Of a DNA stretch of 64,000 nucleotides, positions 50,215 to 61,130 are shown piece by piece; position 1 is the first letter of the stretch, and every line of letters starts with the position of its first letter. The notes beneath the pieces were generated by a model. It did no database searches. It saw only the letters and a program-made list of their open reading frames with translations, and had not been told where the DNA came from. The DNA lies in the NCBI GenBank assembly GCA_965215185.1, contig OZ244034.1:1536001-1600000 (forward strand), given 5' to 3'. The DNA is from Acidimicrobiia bacterium (GTDB lineage Bacteria; Actinomycetota; Acidimicrobiia; Spongiisociales; ZC4RG35). Made by a program: the position numbers and the translations under genes.

Positions 50215-51575
50215 CCAGATACTGGTGTGAGCTGGCCTGGCTGGGTGGTCCCAGAACCACACAGGGAGTCGTGATCGAAGTCAAGAACGGTCGCATCAGC
50301 GCTATCACATCCGACCAAGTTGCTCCTCCTGCGGGAGCTACACCGCTGCGAGGGTTGACGCTACCGGCGCTGGCCAACGCACACAGCCATGCGTTTCACC
50401 GGGTTCTACGGGGCCGCACTCAGGGTGAGCGGGGCACATTCTGGACCTGGCGCGACCTTATGTACAGGGTCGCGGCTGGCCTCGATCCCGACAACTATTA
50501 CCGACTTGCCCGGGCAACCTTCGCCGAGATGGCTATGGCGGGCATCGGTGTGGTGGGCGAGTTCCACTATGTCCACCACCGTCCCGGCGGGGGTGCCTAC
50601 GACGATCCCAACGCGATGGGGGTCTCTCTGGCGGCAGCAGCCAAGGAGGCCGGTATCCGCCTGACCCTCCTCGACACCTTGTACCTCCACGGTGGTTTCG
50701 CCTCCGACGCGGCATCCGGCTACGCACCGCTGCGACCGGAACAAGCCCGCTTCTCTGATGGCTCTTCCGAGGAATGGGCGGATCGGATGGACGACTTGGC
50801 CGCCACGATCTGCGGTCCGAATACCGCGGTAGGCGCGGCGGTGCACTCGGTGCGCGCTGTGGATCCGACGTCGATTGGGATCGCGGCGCGTTGGGCTGCC
50901 GAAAACCACGCGCCCCTCCACGTCCACGTCTCCGAGCAGCCGGCCGAGAACCGGCGGTGCCTCGAGGCTCATGGCCGAACCCCGATCGCGGTGATAGCCG
51001 GCACGGGGGGTCTCGGTCCCGACACCACGCTGGTCCACGCAACGCACGCCTCCAAAGAAGACGTCTCCCTCGTCGGCGAGGTTGGAGCCAACTGCTGTCT
51101 CTGCCCAACAACCGAGCGCGACCTGGCCGACGGCATCGGCCCCAGCGAAGCGCTCGCTGCTGCCGGCGCCCGCCTCTGCGTGGGCTCGGACTCCCACGCC
51201 ATCATCGACCTCTTCGAGGAGACTCGGACCGTCGAGTTGGGCCAGCGAGTGACCAAACTCGAACGGGGGGTGCACTCCACCGAAACCCTGGCCTTGATGG
51301 CCACCGCCAACGGCTACCGGTCGCTGGGGTGGAGGGAGGGAGGCGCTCTCACACCGGGCTCGCTGGCCGACTTCACCACCATAAGTCTCGACTCGACGCG
51401 CCTCGCCGGCACCGACGCCGCCAATGCACTCGCTGCGGCGATCTTCGCTGCCTCAAGCGCGGATGTACATCATCTGGTGGTCGGCGGAAGGCCCATTGTC
51501 GTCGGCGGGACCCATGTCTCGATCGATGTCGGATCCGAACTCGACTCCATCATCCCCAAGGTGGTGACCTCATGA
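50211..51575 (+). CDS. hutF: Formimidoylglutamate deiminase
   Basis: [61 protein letters not shown]; GTGA overlap with def. Confidence 0.94.
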   Translation: MTRYWCELAWLGGPRTTQGVVIEVKNGRISAITSDQVAPPAGATPLRGLTLPALANAHSHAFHRVLRGRTQGERGTFWTWRDLMYRVAAGLDPDNYYRLARATFAEMAMAGIGVVGEFHYVHHRPGGGAYDDPNAMGVSLAAAAKEAGIRLTLLDTLYLHGGFASDAASGYAPLRPEQARFSDGSSEEWADRMDDLAATICGPNTAVGAAVHSVRAVDPTSIGIAARWAAENHAPLHVHVSEQPAENRRCLEAHGRTPIAVIAGTGGLGPDTTLVHATHASKEDVSLVGEVGANCCLCPTTERDLADGIGPSEALAAAGARLCVGSDSHAIIDLFEETRTVELGQRVTKLERGVHSTETLALMATANGYRSLGWREGGALTPGSLADFTTISLDSTRLAGTDAANALAAAIFAASSADVHHLVVGGRPIVVGGTHVSIDVGSELDSIIPKVVTS

Positions 51576-52750
51576 CCCTCGTCATCGACAACATCGCCGA
51601 GTTGATCACCAACGTCCCCGACCTGGGAGAGGGACCGCTTGGGATCATCGAGAACGCATCCGCAGTGGTCGACGGCGGCAAAGTGGTCGCCATCGGCCCA
51701 GCCGGCGCCTTAGCCGACGAACGCCTTGACGCGGGCGGTCGGTGTGTGCTGCCGGGATTCGTGGACTCCCACACCCACCTGGTCTTCGCGGGTGACCGGG
51801 CTGAGGAGTTCACCCGGCGCATGGCCGGTGAGCCCTACGACGGAGGCGGGATCCGGATCACCACCGAAGCCACCCGCGCGGCGGACCGCCAGTCCCTGAG
51901 GGCGTCGCTCCATGGGCGGCTCGCCGAGGTGCACCAGGCGGGCACCACAACAGTGGAGATCAAGTCGGGCTACGGGCTATCGGTCGAATCCGAAGCCCTG
52001 TCCACCTCCCTTGCAGCCGAGGTGACTACCGAGACCACTTTCCTGGGAGCCCATGTGGTACCGAGCGAGTACCGGGGACGGGCCGACGACTACACCGAGT
52101 TGGTCTGCGGACCTATGCTCGATGCCGTTCGGTCTCATGTGCGCTGGATGGATGTGTTCTGCGAGACCGGCGCTTTCGACGTCGATCAATCGAGGGCGGT
52201 GCTCGAGGCCGGGCGGAGCGCAGGGCTGGGTCTGCGTCTCCATGCCAACCAACTGGACTATGGACCCGGGGTCCGGCTCGGCGTGGAGATGGACTGTGCC
52301 TCCGTCGACCATTGCACCTACCTGTCTGACGGCGATCTCGAGATGCTCGCCGCCAGCGACACCGTTGCCACCTTCCTCCCGGCGGCGGACTTCTCCACCC
52401 GCCAGCCCTACCCCGACGCCCGGCGCGCCATCGACGCCGGAGTTCAGGTGGCGATCGCCTCGAACTGCAATCCGGGCTCGAGCTATACGACCTCGATCTC
52501 GTTCTGCATCGCGCTGGCGGTGCGCGACATGGGCATGACGATCGACGAAGCTATCGCCGCGGTCACCACCGGCGGCGCCGCCGCGCTACGCCGAAGCGAC
52601 GTCGGCAGGCTTGCGCCGGGGGGTCCGGCGCATCTGACTATTCTCGATGCGCCAAGCCGCCATCACCTTGCTTACCGGCCTGGTGTTCCGCTGATATGGC
52701 GGACGCTCGGTTCCGACTACCGACCCCCGTCCACTGACAACAAGTGGTGA
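51572..52750 (+). CDS. hutI: Imidazolonepropionase
   Basis: [47 protein letters not shown]. Confidence 0.96.
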   Translation: MTLVIDNIAELITNVPDLGEGPLGIIENASAVVDGGKVVAIGPAGALADERLDAGGRCVLPGFVDSHTHLVFAGDRAEEFTRRMAGEPYDGGGIRITTEATRAADRQSLRASLHGRLAEVHQAGTTTVEIKSGYGLSVESEALSTSLAAEVTTETTFLGAHVVPSEYRGRADDYTELVCGPMLDAVRSHVRWMDVFCETGAFDVDQSRAVLEAGRSAGLGLRLHANQLDYGPGVRLGVEMDCASVDHCTYLSDGDLEMLAASDTVATFLPAADFSTRQPYPDARRAIDAGVQVAIASNCNPGSSYTTSISFCIALAVRDMGMTIDEAIAAVTTGGAAALRRSDVGRLAPGGPAHLTILDAPSRHHLAYRPGVPLIWRTLGSDYRPPSTDNKW

Positions 52751-53099
52751 GTTCAGTCAGCCCAGGCATCCCGAAGACGTTGCTTCACCGCATGCGCCTA
52801 ACAGGTCGGCAGGTACGAAAGAGCACGACTTCATCCCAAACCTCCATCCTGGCCGATCTCTACGGCGAGGCTTGCCGAAGGTCCGCAATCGGGACCAGCA
52901 AGGCGATCACCGTCACGGAGATCGATATCGGCGCGGCCAAGAGAGACCAAGGTCGGCGCGAACTGAACGCCCCTAGGGCGGATCGTCGGACGGACACCGG
53001 CCAAGCCCCCAGCTCGGAACGGGGATCGCATCGGGGATGGCCAATGACGACAACCAGCACAGCAGCGGAAACGGTTCAACGCCAAATGGATTGCCGCGA

Positions 53100-53885
53100 T
53101 CAGATATGTTGCCAAGCGGGTTTGTCGCGATGCGTCTCCCGGTAGTAGTTGGCATGTTTCAGTTGCCCACCGGCAGCTTCGTCAACGATGACAGTGGTGT
53201 GGGGGTGTAGCTGGAGAGCGGATGCTGGCACCATCGCAGTCACCGGTCCTTCCACAGCCCTGGCGATCGGCCCGTTCTTGGCCTCACCGGTGGCAATCAA
53301 CACAATATGGCGAGCCTCAAGAATGGTGCCGATGCCCTGGGTGATCCCATATCGGGGCACCATGTCCGGGTCGTCACCGAAGAAGCGGGCATTGTCTTTG
53401 CGGGTTGCCGCGGCAAGTGTTTTCAGGCGTGTTCTTGACGCAAGCGAGGACGGCGGCTCGTTGAATCCAATGTGACCGTTGCCGCCGATGCCGAGCACCT
53501 GCAAATCGATACCACCGGCGTCTGCAATGCGCCGCTCGTAGGTTTCTCCCGCCGTGGCGAGATCCGCCGAGGCGCAGTCCAGAGCGACCAGAGCGCCCGC
53601 TGGAACGTCCACATGGTCGATGAGCTCAAGTTGGATGAAGCTTCGGCATGACTGTGGATGTTCGGGGTCAAGACCCACGTACTCATCGAGCAGGAACAAC
53701 TGCGTGCGAGCGAAACTTATCCTCCGATTGCGGTAACGCTCGATGAGCTCGCGGTAGGTGGGAAGTGGGGAGCTGCCCGTGGCCAAGCCGATAACGGGAC
53801 GATCTGTGCCGGACAGGAGACGCTCGAAAGCGTCGGCGGCGACGACCGCAGCCTCTCGGGCCGAACCAGTGATGACGATCTCCAT
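53100..53885 (-). CDS. nagB: Glucosamine-6-phosphate deaminase
   Basis: GLATGSSP, LDEYVG, GIGGNGHIGFNEP, TQGIGTI, PASALQLH. Confidence 0.96.
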   Translation of the reverse strand: MEIVITGSAREAAVVAADAFERLLSGTDRPVIGLATGSSPLPTYRELIERYRNRRISFARTQLFLLDEYVGLDPEHPQSCRSFIQLELIDHVDVPAGALVALDCASADLATAGETYERRIADAGGIDLQVLGIGGNGHIGFNEPPSSLASRTRLKTLAAATRKDNARFFGDDPDMVPRYGITQGIGTILEARHIVLIATGEAKNGPIARAVEGPVTAMVPASALQLHPHTTVIVDEAAGGQLKHANYYRETHRDKPAWQHI

Positions 53886-53906
53886 TGCGGCTATGAGCCC
53901 TTCACG

Positions 53907-54281
53907 TCAAACTGACCGGGAACTGCTTTTAGTCACCGCCCAACGCACCATCTCATGTTCGTCGTCTTTCAACAGCGCCAGCACTGCCGGTGGGGTGTTC
54001 AAGTTACCAGCAACGTCCCACTGCACATCCAAATCGGGGTCTTTCGCTAACCATGTCAGGGTGTCCGGTGGGGTGTTCAGGTTCCTACCGACCGCCCATC
54101 GCACATCCCAGTCGTCATCTTCGGCCAATACTTTCAGGGTGTCCGGTGGGGTGTTCATATTTTCGGCGACCACGGCCCGCACACGGCAATTGCCGTGCTT
54201 GGCCAGTTCGACAAGAACGTCCGGTGCAGTGGTCAGGTTCTCCGCCAACCGAAGGCATTCCTCTACATTACGGTAAGCCAT
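53907..54281 (-). CDS. Leucine-rich-variant/HEAT-like repeat protein
   Basis: Four ~24-aa repeats of the form VR.AV..N.NTPP..L..LA.D. Confidence 0.75.
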   Translation of the reverse strand: MAYRNVEECLRLAENLTTAPDVLVELAKHGNCRVRAVVAENMNTPPDTLKVLAEDDDWDVRWAVGRNLNTPPDTLTWLAKDPDLDVQWDVAGNLNTPPAVLALLKDDEHEMVRWAVTKSSSRSV

Positions 54282-54620
54282 GATCGTTCCCTTCCCGCCA
54301 CACGCCCCACAAGGCGTGCGCCTCCGGTTCCCCATACTGGGAATCATCAACCTGGACTTCCTCCACCCCCACAACCAACAATCTCCACCGAGCCATCAAC
54401 GCCCACTCACCCGACCCATAGAAACCTTCACACCTTCCACAATAAACACCACACCCAGCCGACACACCCCAAAGACGACCACAAACCTAAGAAGGCGGAC
54501 TTATCACCCCGACAAACAACACAAACCGGGTACGATTCACCCCCGCCGAAAACCCAAGAACACACAACTGATATTCGCTGAGTAACAGTTATAGCGGGGA
54601 AAGGGAGGCTGTTCTAGTTG

Positions 54621-54763
54621 AGTGGGGTGTCGGCCACCACCCCCGACCTGACTTTAGTGAGCGTTTCGGAGGGGGCTCCACATTCAAACGCAGGGGGGCT
54701 CCACATTTTCGGTCGGACATCCCTTCGGCAAAGATCTTCGAGTAGCGAGAGCATCATGCTACC
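54621..54763. repeat. Dispersed repeat, copy 1 (block A 54621-54684, extra ggggctccacatt, block B 54713-54763)
   Basis: agtgg..gtcggccaccacccc.gacctg..ttag..tttcggagggggctccacatt is similar to 56040 and 58775. Confidence 0.75.
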
Positions 54764-54935
54764 TCCTTCTACCGCCGCCAAGCAGTGGGGCGATCTGGCC
54801 GCTACCACACGAGCATCCTTCGTCGGTGCTTGTTCACTACAGAATCGGGTCCAGATTCGGCGCTGAACCTCTCCAACAGTTTGTGCAAACCTTGGACACA
54901 CTCGCTCATCCCGAACCCGCCTTCATGCGAGCGGG

Positions 54936-55763
54936 TCAGCCGTCTGGGCCGCTCAGGAGGGCGAGTTCCTCCGGGGTGAGACAACCGAGCATCGCTGCGA
55001 CCATCTCTTGTTCCGCTTGCTCGTCGATGTCGGCTCCCTGAGGGAGGGTCTCGTTGATGGCATCGACTTGTGCCGCCACACACGCGGCGCTCTCGGGCGA
55101 GACCCCTGCCGCTACCAGCTGCGCTGCGGTCAGCCTCCCAGCTGAGCTGGTTGGCTGGTCGGCGTCGTCTAGGCCCGGGACCTTAGTTTCGACGCCAGGC
55201 ACGCAATCCGGTGGAATCAGCAGGTTGTAGACGGCGATGAGATCCCCGCCGAACAACGCTATGTCTGCTGTGAGCCTGTCCGTGTCGATGTCGGTGGTCG
55301 CTGCCTGTGCACATTCCAGCACACCCGGTGGAACGTCGCCGGCGCCCAGCATCGAGTTCAAGACGATCTGGGACCACGGCAGGCACTCGACCACACCGTC
55401 AAGGATCCGGTCTCGTTCAAGGTCTGATACCAGACCGACGGGGAAGATTGAATCCGACGGTCCGTTGAGGGCCGCGAGTACCGGATCGAGCCGGTCCTGG
55501 TCGAGAGCCGCTGCTGACGCTTCGGCCACACAGGCGATCTGGTCGTCGGTGACGCCTTCGGGTCTGTCCACCGACAGGAGCGCCGCTACGCCGCTCTCGA
55601 CTTCAGAGCGCAGCTCCAGTCCGGCAGTGGTGGCTGGGGCGGCAGTGGTGGCTGGGGCGACCTGCTCTGGCTCAGCAGCGCTCGGTTGCGGGTCTGCGGC
55701 GGTGCCACAAGCGGAGACCGTCAGAACTAAAACGGCGGCAATGGCGGGGAAAATCCGATACAT
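54936..55763 (-). CDS. Hypothetical Cys-patterned lipoprotein
   Basis: Lipobox VSAC; APATTA twice; repeated A.CVA motifs. Confidence 0.7.
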   Translation of the reverse strand: MYRIFPAIAAVLVLTVSACGTAADPQPSAAEPEQVAPATTAAPATTAGLELRSEVESGVAALLSVDRPEGVTDDQIACVAEASAAALDQDRLDPVLAALNGPSDSIFPVGLVSDLERDRILDGVVECLPWSQIVLNSMLGAGDVPPGVLECAQAATTDIDTDRLTADIALFGGDLIAVYNLLIPPDCVPGVETKVPGLDDADQPTSSAGRLTAAQLVAAGVSPESAACVAAQVDAINETLPQGADIDEQAEQEMVAAMLGCLTPEELALLSGPDG

Positions 55764-56039
55764 GTAGAAGACCCTACCTCAGGTTGTTTGGTGGACATTC
55801 TAATGGTGGCCGGGATGCTTCTATGATTTGCAAATCGCTTTTCGGGCTTGGGGGGCGGACTGGTACACCAAACGTGCCCTGTGGCGGTGGAAACCCAACC
55901 AAAACTTCAATAACGGCCGCATTCAATTTCTCTGCCCGCAATGCGCCGGAACGGTTGACACAGCCGCCAAACCACTCAACAACAGCATTATTTGAGCTAA
56001 ATGGCCTACTTACCAGGCGAATATTCGCCAGGAGCCCTT

Positions 56040-56104
56040 AGTGGTGTGTCGGCCACCACCCCTGACCTGGAGCTTAGTCGGGGTTTCCGAGGGGGCTCCA
56101 CATT
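56040..56104. repeat. Dispersed repeat, copy 2 (block A), directly before an integrase remnant
   Basis: agtggtgtgtcggccaccacccctgacctgg..ttccgagggggctccacatt. Confidence 0.75.
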
Positions 56105-56134
56105 TGCGAACCCCTTGGAAAACGTGGGTTTAGA

Positions 56135-56815
56135 GTGGGCACCCGCCTCCTCTGCAAGCGAATCAGGGCAGTGATGAGATGGGCGATAGCTCACGGATAC
56201 ATCGAACGGGAACCGACCGAAAGGATCCGGGACGGACTTGGACCGAACCCCGTCAGAACCGTGCACATGCCAGCCCAGCATCACAGCCTGATCGGGGAAG
56301 TTCTGAAGATCATCGAAGGGTCCAGGGCGCATTGGGCGACCAAGGCAGCCGTCCGATTCCTGGCCTTGACGGCCAACAAAGGCCATGCAGTCCGACAAGC
56401 GAGATGCGACGAAATCGATCTTGCCAAAGCCCCTTGGACCATACCGGCCAATCGCGCCAAGAACCGGGAGGACTTCAAAGTGCCCCTCAGCCACCAAGCC
56501 CTATCGGTTCTTCACAAGGCCCGAGAACACACGGGCGGTGTGGGACTGGTGTTTCCCTCACGCCGGAGACTGGCGATTTCCAAGTCGACAATGAGCAAGC
56601 TCTTCCGAGAGAACCGAATTGGCTTCGTCCCGCACGGTATTCGCAGCACCTTCAGGGAATGGTGCGCGGAAATAGGGGTGCTCCACCAGGTTGCGGAGGC
56701 CTGTTTGGAACACACCTTCGATAAAGTCAGGCCTGCTTTGGCCCCTGTGGAAGACAGGCGTCAGGTGATGGAGGCCTGGGGGCATTATCTATTCCCAATT
56801 CTTCAACCCCGATGA
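56135..56815 (+). pseudogene. P4-like tyrosine integrase remnant (5'-truncated, catalytic residues degenerate)
   Basis: WAIAHG, FLALTA(NKG in place of R.GE), WTIPA.RAK, VPLS, PHGIRSTFREW, AEACLEH; catalytic Tyr region missing. Confidence 0.85.
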
Positions 56816-57410
56816 GATGTCACTCAATTGCCCGCTTGCATCCGATGAAAACACAAAACCGAGCAGAGCCAAGCATCAACCCTTCGGCCATTCCGGAGGC
56901 TACCGGACTAAAATCCCCGCCTCTACCCCTGAGAAAGCGCTCATGGCAAATCAAACCCACCAACCTTTTGACCACACCCCTCCGGCTCCGGGCGACCTTA
57001 CACAGCACCCTTGAACCCTCATTTGGCCCCTCTCCAACCACCACCCGAACAAGAACTTTTGGTTTTGTTTACCCCTTTACTGATCGGGCGGTGGCCGACT
57101 ACGGGTTCCGTCTGGCCGTAATGTGGGACACCGACGATGTTGCGGCGGGATCCGACCTCACTCCCTCAGGAAGCTCAGGACCTCCGCGAGTTGGTCGTGC
57201 CGGAACTCAAGAAGCTCCCCAACCCGGTCAAGCCCGCCCACCATGCCACGGTCCAAGAGCGTCTGGCCAAGCTGATGTCCTGAGTTTTCGGCCTTCTTTC
57301 CAACCGCAGTGCTTCCACGCTGCACTTACGAAGAGTTCGGAAACCAAAACGGCCGCGCTGCGTCTTGTATGGATATGACTGAACCCTCCCGCCGAGGTCG
57401 GTGAGTGGAG

Positions 57411-58584
57411 ATGAAAACGAAAACCGCTGTTGCCCATGGTGGGTTTATTGGTTGCGCTCCTGACTGCCGCGGCCTGCCAGAGGGAGGCCGGGCCGCCCAA
57501 GGAGACGTTGGAGTTGCCCTCAGGCCGCCAACCCGATGCGTCGGTACGCGGTACGGTTACCTACAGGGAGCGGCTGGCACTCACTCCCGATGCGACCCTC
57601 GTGGTAGAACTCAGGGATGTGTCCTATGCCGACGGCGCCGCACCGCTCATCGCGCGCCAAACCATTTCAGGTCCGGGTCAGATCCCGATTGAGTTCGAGG
57701 TCCATTACAGCAGCGAGGACATCCGCCCTAGGAACAGGTACTCGATCAGCGCAGACATCGTAGAGTCCGATGGGCGGCTTGCCTTTACCAACGATACGGT
57801 GCACGAGGTGATCACCCAGGGCGATCCAGACAGGGTGGATATGGTCCTGGTCTTAGTGCAGCCCCCACCCGATCTGGTCGAGGATCTTGATTCCGGGTCC
57901 GATGGGCGGACCTGGGTAGAAACCCCCGTCCGCGTGGTTTGGGCGAACCTGATTCCGAACGAACAGGAACATTTCCTAAGAATTGTCTATAACCAGTCCA
58001 CCGTGGAGGGCTGTGCCCGCCCCGGTAGCCAAGGGTTGGAGGTTGACGGATTTGACATCATCGCCCGAGTAACACTCATGCAGCCGCCGCCTACCCCCTG
58101 GGCCATCCCGTGCCACGAACAAGTTGTGGAACTCGATACCGTAGAGCCGATTGGCACATTCCTCGAACCCGCTCAGACCTACCGGATAATTGTCAACGAC
58201 CGGGAAACCACCACATTCACACTGCCGGACCCGGACCTCGGATACACATACATCGCCGAATCACCCATTGAAAGCATGCAGGTCGTGTCTTTGGACGACG
58301 CACAGCCCCGACATCAACTGCAAGTTGTCTCCGGAATGCCGAAGGGCAGTGAGTGCTCTCAGTTCAACGGCTACTAAATCCGGTGGCCAGCAGCGAACCT
58401 AATAGAGGTGACCATCACTCATCACGAGGTCGCCGACCCGCTTGTTGCCTGCACAGAGGACTATCCGGTGTTAGAAACCATCGTTCCCTTAGGTTCCAAT
58501 TTCGAGCCGGATGAGAGATACACCGTTAGCGTGAATGGGGAAGCTGCCGTGTCGTTCCGCCCGCTAGTACCCGGTAGCCCCTAG
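57411..58584 (+). pseudogene. YbaY/YscW-domain lipoprotein pseudogene
   Basis: VRGTVTYRERLAL..VELRDVS.AD..P.I..Q; in-frame TAA at 58375 followed by a homologous second repeat (ACTEDY..YTVSVNG) to TAG 58584; +1 slip after ATG 57411. Confidence 0.75.
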
Positions 58585-58774
58585 TCGCCGCGGATTCAAG
58601 ACAGGCTCTTCTGGTTGCTTCACAATACCTGCACTCTCGCATTCGTCTCCCGAGCGTCGGTACGCCATCAACCGCCATGGAAAAGACGCTGGATCCGCAT
58701 CCCGCGTCAATGTGAAGCGTCACTCACTATCCAAATTGGGACTTTCTTCCATGCTATAAGTGGAGCGGAGGCTG

Positions 58775-58919
58775 AGTGGGCTGTTGGACACCACCTCTCA
58801 CCTGCGGCTTAGCAAGGGTGTTCCGAGGGGGCTCCACAATTCGAGGATGGGTGGGACTTCACGCTTAATCGGACACCCCATCGGCAAGAACCTTCGAGTA
58901 GCGAGGCCATCACTCTACC
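58775..58919. repeat. Dispersed repeat, copy 3 (block A 58775-58840, block B 58869-58919)
   Basis: Block A as above; block B is 42/51 identical to 54713-54763. Confidence 0.75.
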
Positions 58920-58928
58920 AATGCCACA

Positions 58929-59296
58929 TGGTCTTGAGGTGGAACGGCGGAGTATCGGCTACTCAGCCGCAGGCTGGACTTGATGAAGCCATCAGGGAGG
59001 CGCAGGAAGGCCTTGACCAGTTCTATCCCGCCGATTGGGACTACTACGAGGATGTGGTAGCTAAAAACCCACCCAACGGCAAGGTGACCGTACCGCACAA
59101 AATCACAGGAGATCTTGTGCGGGTCGATTTGCTCACCCTTACACCCGACGAGATCATCGAGCAGTGCGGAATCCCCGATCACATGCGGGAAGAATCCCTA
59201 CTAGCCTATCGCTTGTTTCTGAAAGCGCGATTGCCCTTTTGGGACCGGCGTCTTCTTCCCAATTCCGTCCCGCTTTTGGATAAGGGTACCCGCTAG
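58929..59296 (+). CDS. Hypothetical protein
   Basis: Open frame with protein-like composition (LDEAIREAQEGLDQFYP); start uncertain. Confidence 0.45.
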
Positions 59297-59299
59297 GTA

Positions 59300-59567
59300 T
59301 CAATAGGCTTCTCTGGTCTGCGAACCCATTCCTGGGGTGCCCTGCAGCGACGACTCTATGTGATCCAACAATCGCAGGACCAATTGTTCGTCTACTCCTG
59401 GGTACCATTACTCCTGGGTACCATCTGTGGAAATCATCGAGGGTGTTATTGGTCTGGAGGATGGAAAACAGCGTGGAAACAGGCATTCTCGTTCCGCTAA
59501 TAACCCAAGTGCCGCTCACCTTACCCGGTGTTCGTTCTATAGCGTCGCAACCTTCCCAAAAACCCAT
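59300..59567 (-). pseudogene. DUF433 antitoxin-like gene frameshifted by a 16-bp tandem duplication
   Basis: IERTPGKVSGTWVISGTRMPV..F..WYPGV; removing one copy of tactcctgggtaccat restores an 83-aa ORF ending DEQLVLRLLDHIE..EAY*. Confidence 0.75.
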
Positions 59568-60391
59568 GAGAAAACCCTTTCTCTCGGCGGGGCCACCTCC
59601 AATGATATGGACTTGGATTCCACATATCCACCAAGACGACTGACGACATCTCCGATCTGCGGTTTTGCCTCAAGCCAATAGCAGCACCAGGTCGACGTTG
59701 CCGCTTAGCCGATGCCTCGAACCTGCGCGCCGCGTCTGCTACCTCGTCATGTGCGCTGTTCCCTCCAACCATCCACGGATGGCCTCAAACCCTATCCAAC
59801 GACCCCTTCCCTACCCGAATCCCAACATATAGCGAAGCCTCGAAAAATAGCGCCTGCCCGCCCTCATTTTGGGGTCTCCTGTTAGGTGTCTTCGTTATAC
59901 TGACAGATCATGCGATCCTCATCCGCAAGCCAGTCAGACAGTGGATATAGACCAACTGGTGGCCAATATGATCCGCAACGGAGTTGATAGTACCCCTCGC
60001 CCCGAAGGCATGGAGGAAGGATCACCGCGTTTTGGGGGGGGAAATCTATGATCGATCTCATGGAATGTGGCGATTATCAGGGTGCTGATGATTACGTTAC
60101 CTATGTGTGCGATTTCGTTCCGATTTAACTAACCGACTGTCTGTCGAAAAGGTAGAGGGCGCACCACTTCTCTAATACAGCCGCTTGCTCGTGTCTGTTG
60201 GTAATGTGACCGGCGGTTTCGGCGCGTCACTACGATGGCCCCTTGATGAACGACGCTGAGACCCAATTCTTCCTTGCGTGGCGGCACATTACAGTGCCAC
60301 CGGCCAACCAACCTAGTAAAAGGTCGTCTCTGCTGCCGTCGCTAATCTGACGCACACCAGCGCCGTCGGGAGAATACGCGGTTCAAACTAC

Positions 60392-60470
60392 GGGGAGATG
60401 GAGCAGCCTGGTCAGCTCGTCGGGCTCATAACCCCCAAAGTCGTAGGTTCAAATCCTACTACCGCTACCA
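60392..60470 (+). pseudogene. Degenerate initiator-type tRNA-Met(CAT)
   Basis: tggagcagcctggtcagctcgtcgggctcataaccc..gtcgtaggttcaaatcctac..acca; 3 mismatches in the acceptor stem and 2 in the anticodon stem. Confidence 0.7.
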
Positions 60471-60557
60471 TCGCGACGACCCAGACACAGGCCGGGTTTT
60501 CGCTTCTTCGACGTTGTGTCTCGGTGGTGACGTTCGGTGGCTGTAGCATAGTGCCCG

Positions 60558-61130
60558 GTGACCGAAAGCGTACCCGATACGAGTAGCAGCTCGGCAGAAA
60601 CCGTGTTCGAAGCTATGCGTCTTCGCCGGATGCACCGCGTCTTCACTTCCGAACCTCCGGACGCTGATGTCCTCGATCGAATTGTCTACGCGGCCAGCCG
60701 AGCTCAGGTAGCCCGCCCGGGTATCCGGCATCTCATCGTCGTCACCGACCCGCGGCTGGTACGGACGGTGCGGCATGCGTGTCCAGGTTTCGTGAACAAC
60801 GCACCCGCTGTCATCGTTATCTGCAGCGACCTCGAAAAGGCTGCGGAAGTCATGGGGCCCCGAGGAGTTGAGGTCGTCACACGGCTCGACGCCGGCGCCG
60901 CGGCCGGTTACATTACTATTGCCGCTCCCACACTCGGGATCGGTGTATGCAAAGTCACGAGTTGGACAGAGGAGGTGGTCCAAGCCATCTTTGGCCTTCC
61001 GGACCACATAAGGCCCGAAGTCCTGATGGCGATCGGGATTCCCGTAGCGAATCACCCCAAGCCCGTCAAGGGTTTCCACCCCACTGTCCACCACGACCTC
61101 TACGGGCAGGATTGGAGCGACAAACGGTGA
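60558..61130 (+). CDS. Nitroreductase family protein
   Basis: FEAMRLRRMHRVF, IVYAA..A, NAPAVIV, DAG.AA, LGIG.C, IFGLP, IGIP. Confidence 0.85.
   Translation: MTESVPDTSSSSAETVFEAMRLRRMHRVFTSEPPDADVLDRIVYAASRAQVARPGIRHLIVVTDPRLVRTVRHACPGFVNNAPAVIVICSDLEKAAEVMGPRGVEVVTRLDAGAAAGYITIAAPTLGIGVCKVTSWTEEVVQAIFGLPDHIRPEVLMAIGIPVANHPKPVKGFHPTVHHDLYGQDWSDKR

Noticed and set aside
58375-58377. In-frame TAA in the YbaY-like gene as stop-codon recoding
   Set aside because: The gene also has a frameshift at its start and TAA terminates other genes; an ordinary nonsense mutation.
58760-58838. gtggagc...gctccac-bounded 79-mer as a tRNA
   Set aside because: Acceptor-like stem only; no T-loop, D arm or anticodon arm.
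54621-58919. Dispersed repeats as a CRISPR array or integron attC sites
   Set aside because: Spacing is kilobases, copies are divergent, there are no cas genes, and no RYYYAAC/GTTRRRY boxes are present.
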